Both the position numbers and the translations under genes were made by a program. A stretch of DNA of 64,000 nt from Octopus bimaculoides (taxonomy: Eukaryota), in the NCBI RefSeq assembly GCF_001194135.2, contig NC_068985.1:55142670-55206669 (forward strand), written 5' to 3'. This document shows, piece by piece, positions 63,684 through 64,000 of this stretch. Under the pieces are notes generated by a model. It ran no database searches. It was not told where the DNA came from and worked only from the letters and a program-made list of their open reading frames with translations. How positions within the stretch are numbered: position 1 is the first letter of the stretch; each line of letters starts with the position of its first letter.

Positions 63684-63870
63684 CATGCAATTATGTCTTC
63701 TTGTCTTGATGCCACATGATTGCTGTAAATAAGTGTCACTGTCATACAATCAGTATCCTTCAATTCCTATATTCTGCAAAAACATGTCTGGCCATGGGGA
63801 AAAATTGATGACAGGAAGGGCATCCCATTGTAGAAAATCTACCTCAGTAAACTCTGTCCAACCCTCACTT
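63490..63870 (+). mobile_element. SINE head A + tail C
   Basis: As 4015-4470. Confidence 0.8.
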
Positions 63871-64000
63871 TGCATGCTACTGTTTATAGCTTTGTCTATT
63901 TTTAAGATCAACCATTCCAAACAATTTATGATGAATATATAATTTAATGTCTTCCACCTACCACTCTGTTTATTGACAATGGACAAACACATCTTTGTAA

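Overview
This is 64 kb of AT-rich, microsatellite- and repeat-dense eukaryotic genomic DNA with nine N-gaps. The repeat landscape suggests an octopus or other coleoid cephalopod (inference). Nearly all ORFs in the supplied track are microsatellite artefacts. Host gene: three in-frame + strand exons (56205-56495, 58094-58464, 62963-63045) resemble, in order, the C-terminal half of CCDC191 as I recall it. The middle exon encodes a 24-unit S-x-x-(D/E/G) tetrapeptide ladder. Mobile DNA: several tRNA-derived SINE families, RTE-clade LINE fragments, two different RLE-type non-LTR fragments (R4/Dong-like and HERO-like), a putative L1/Tx1 5' end, a full-length decayed mariner, mariner- and piggyBac-type MITEs, and an 8-bp-TSD Merlin/Mutator-like insertion. 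Most unusual signal: Penelope-type fold-back elements and pLTR remnants carrying minimal hammerhead ribozyme motifs with palindromic stem III. Different families show C3-G8, U3-A8 and G3-C8 at the covarying core pair, plus an A6U variant. Family names and homologies come from recall and were not verified by database search. Repeat boundaries are approximate unless TIR/TSD is stated.
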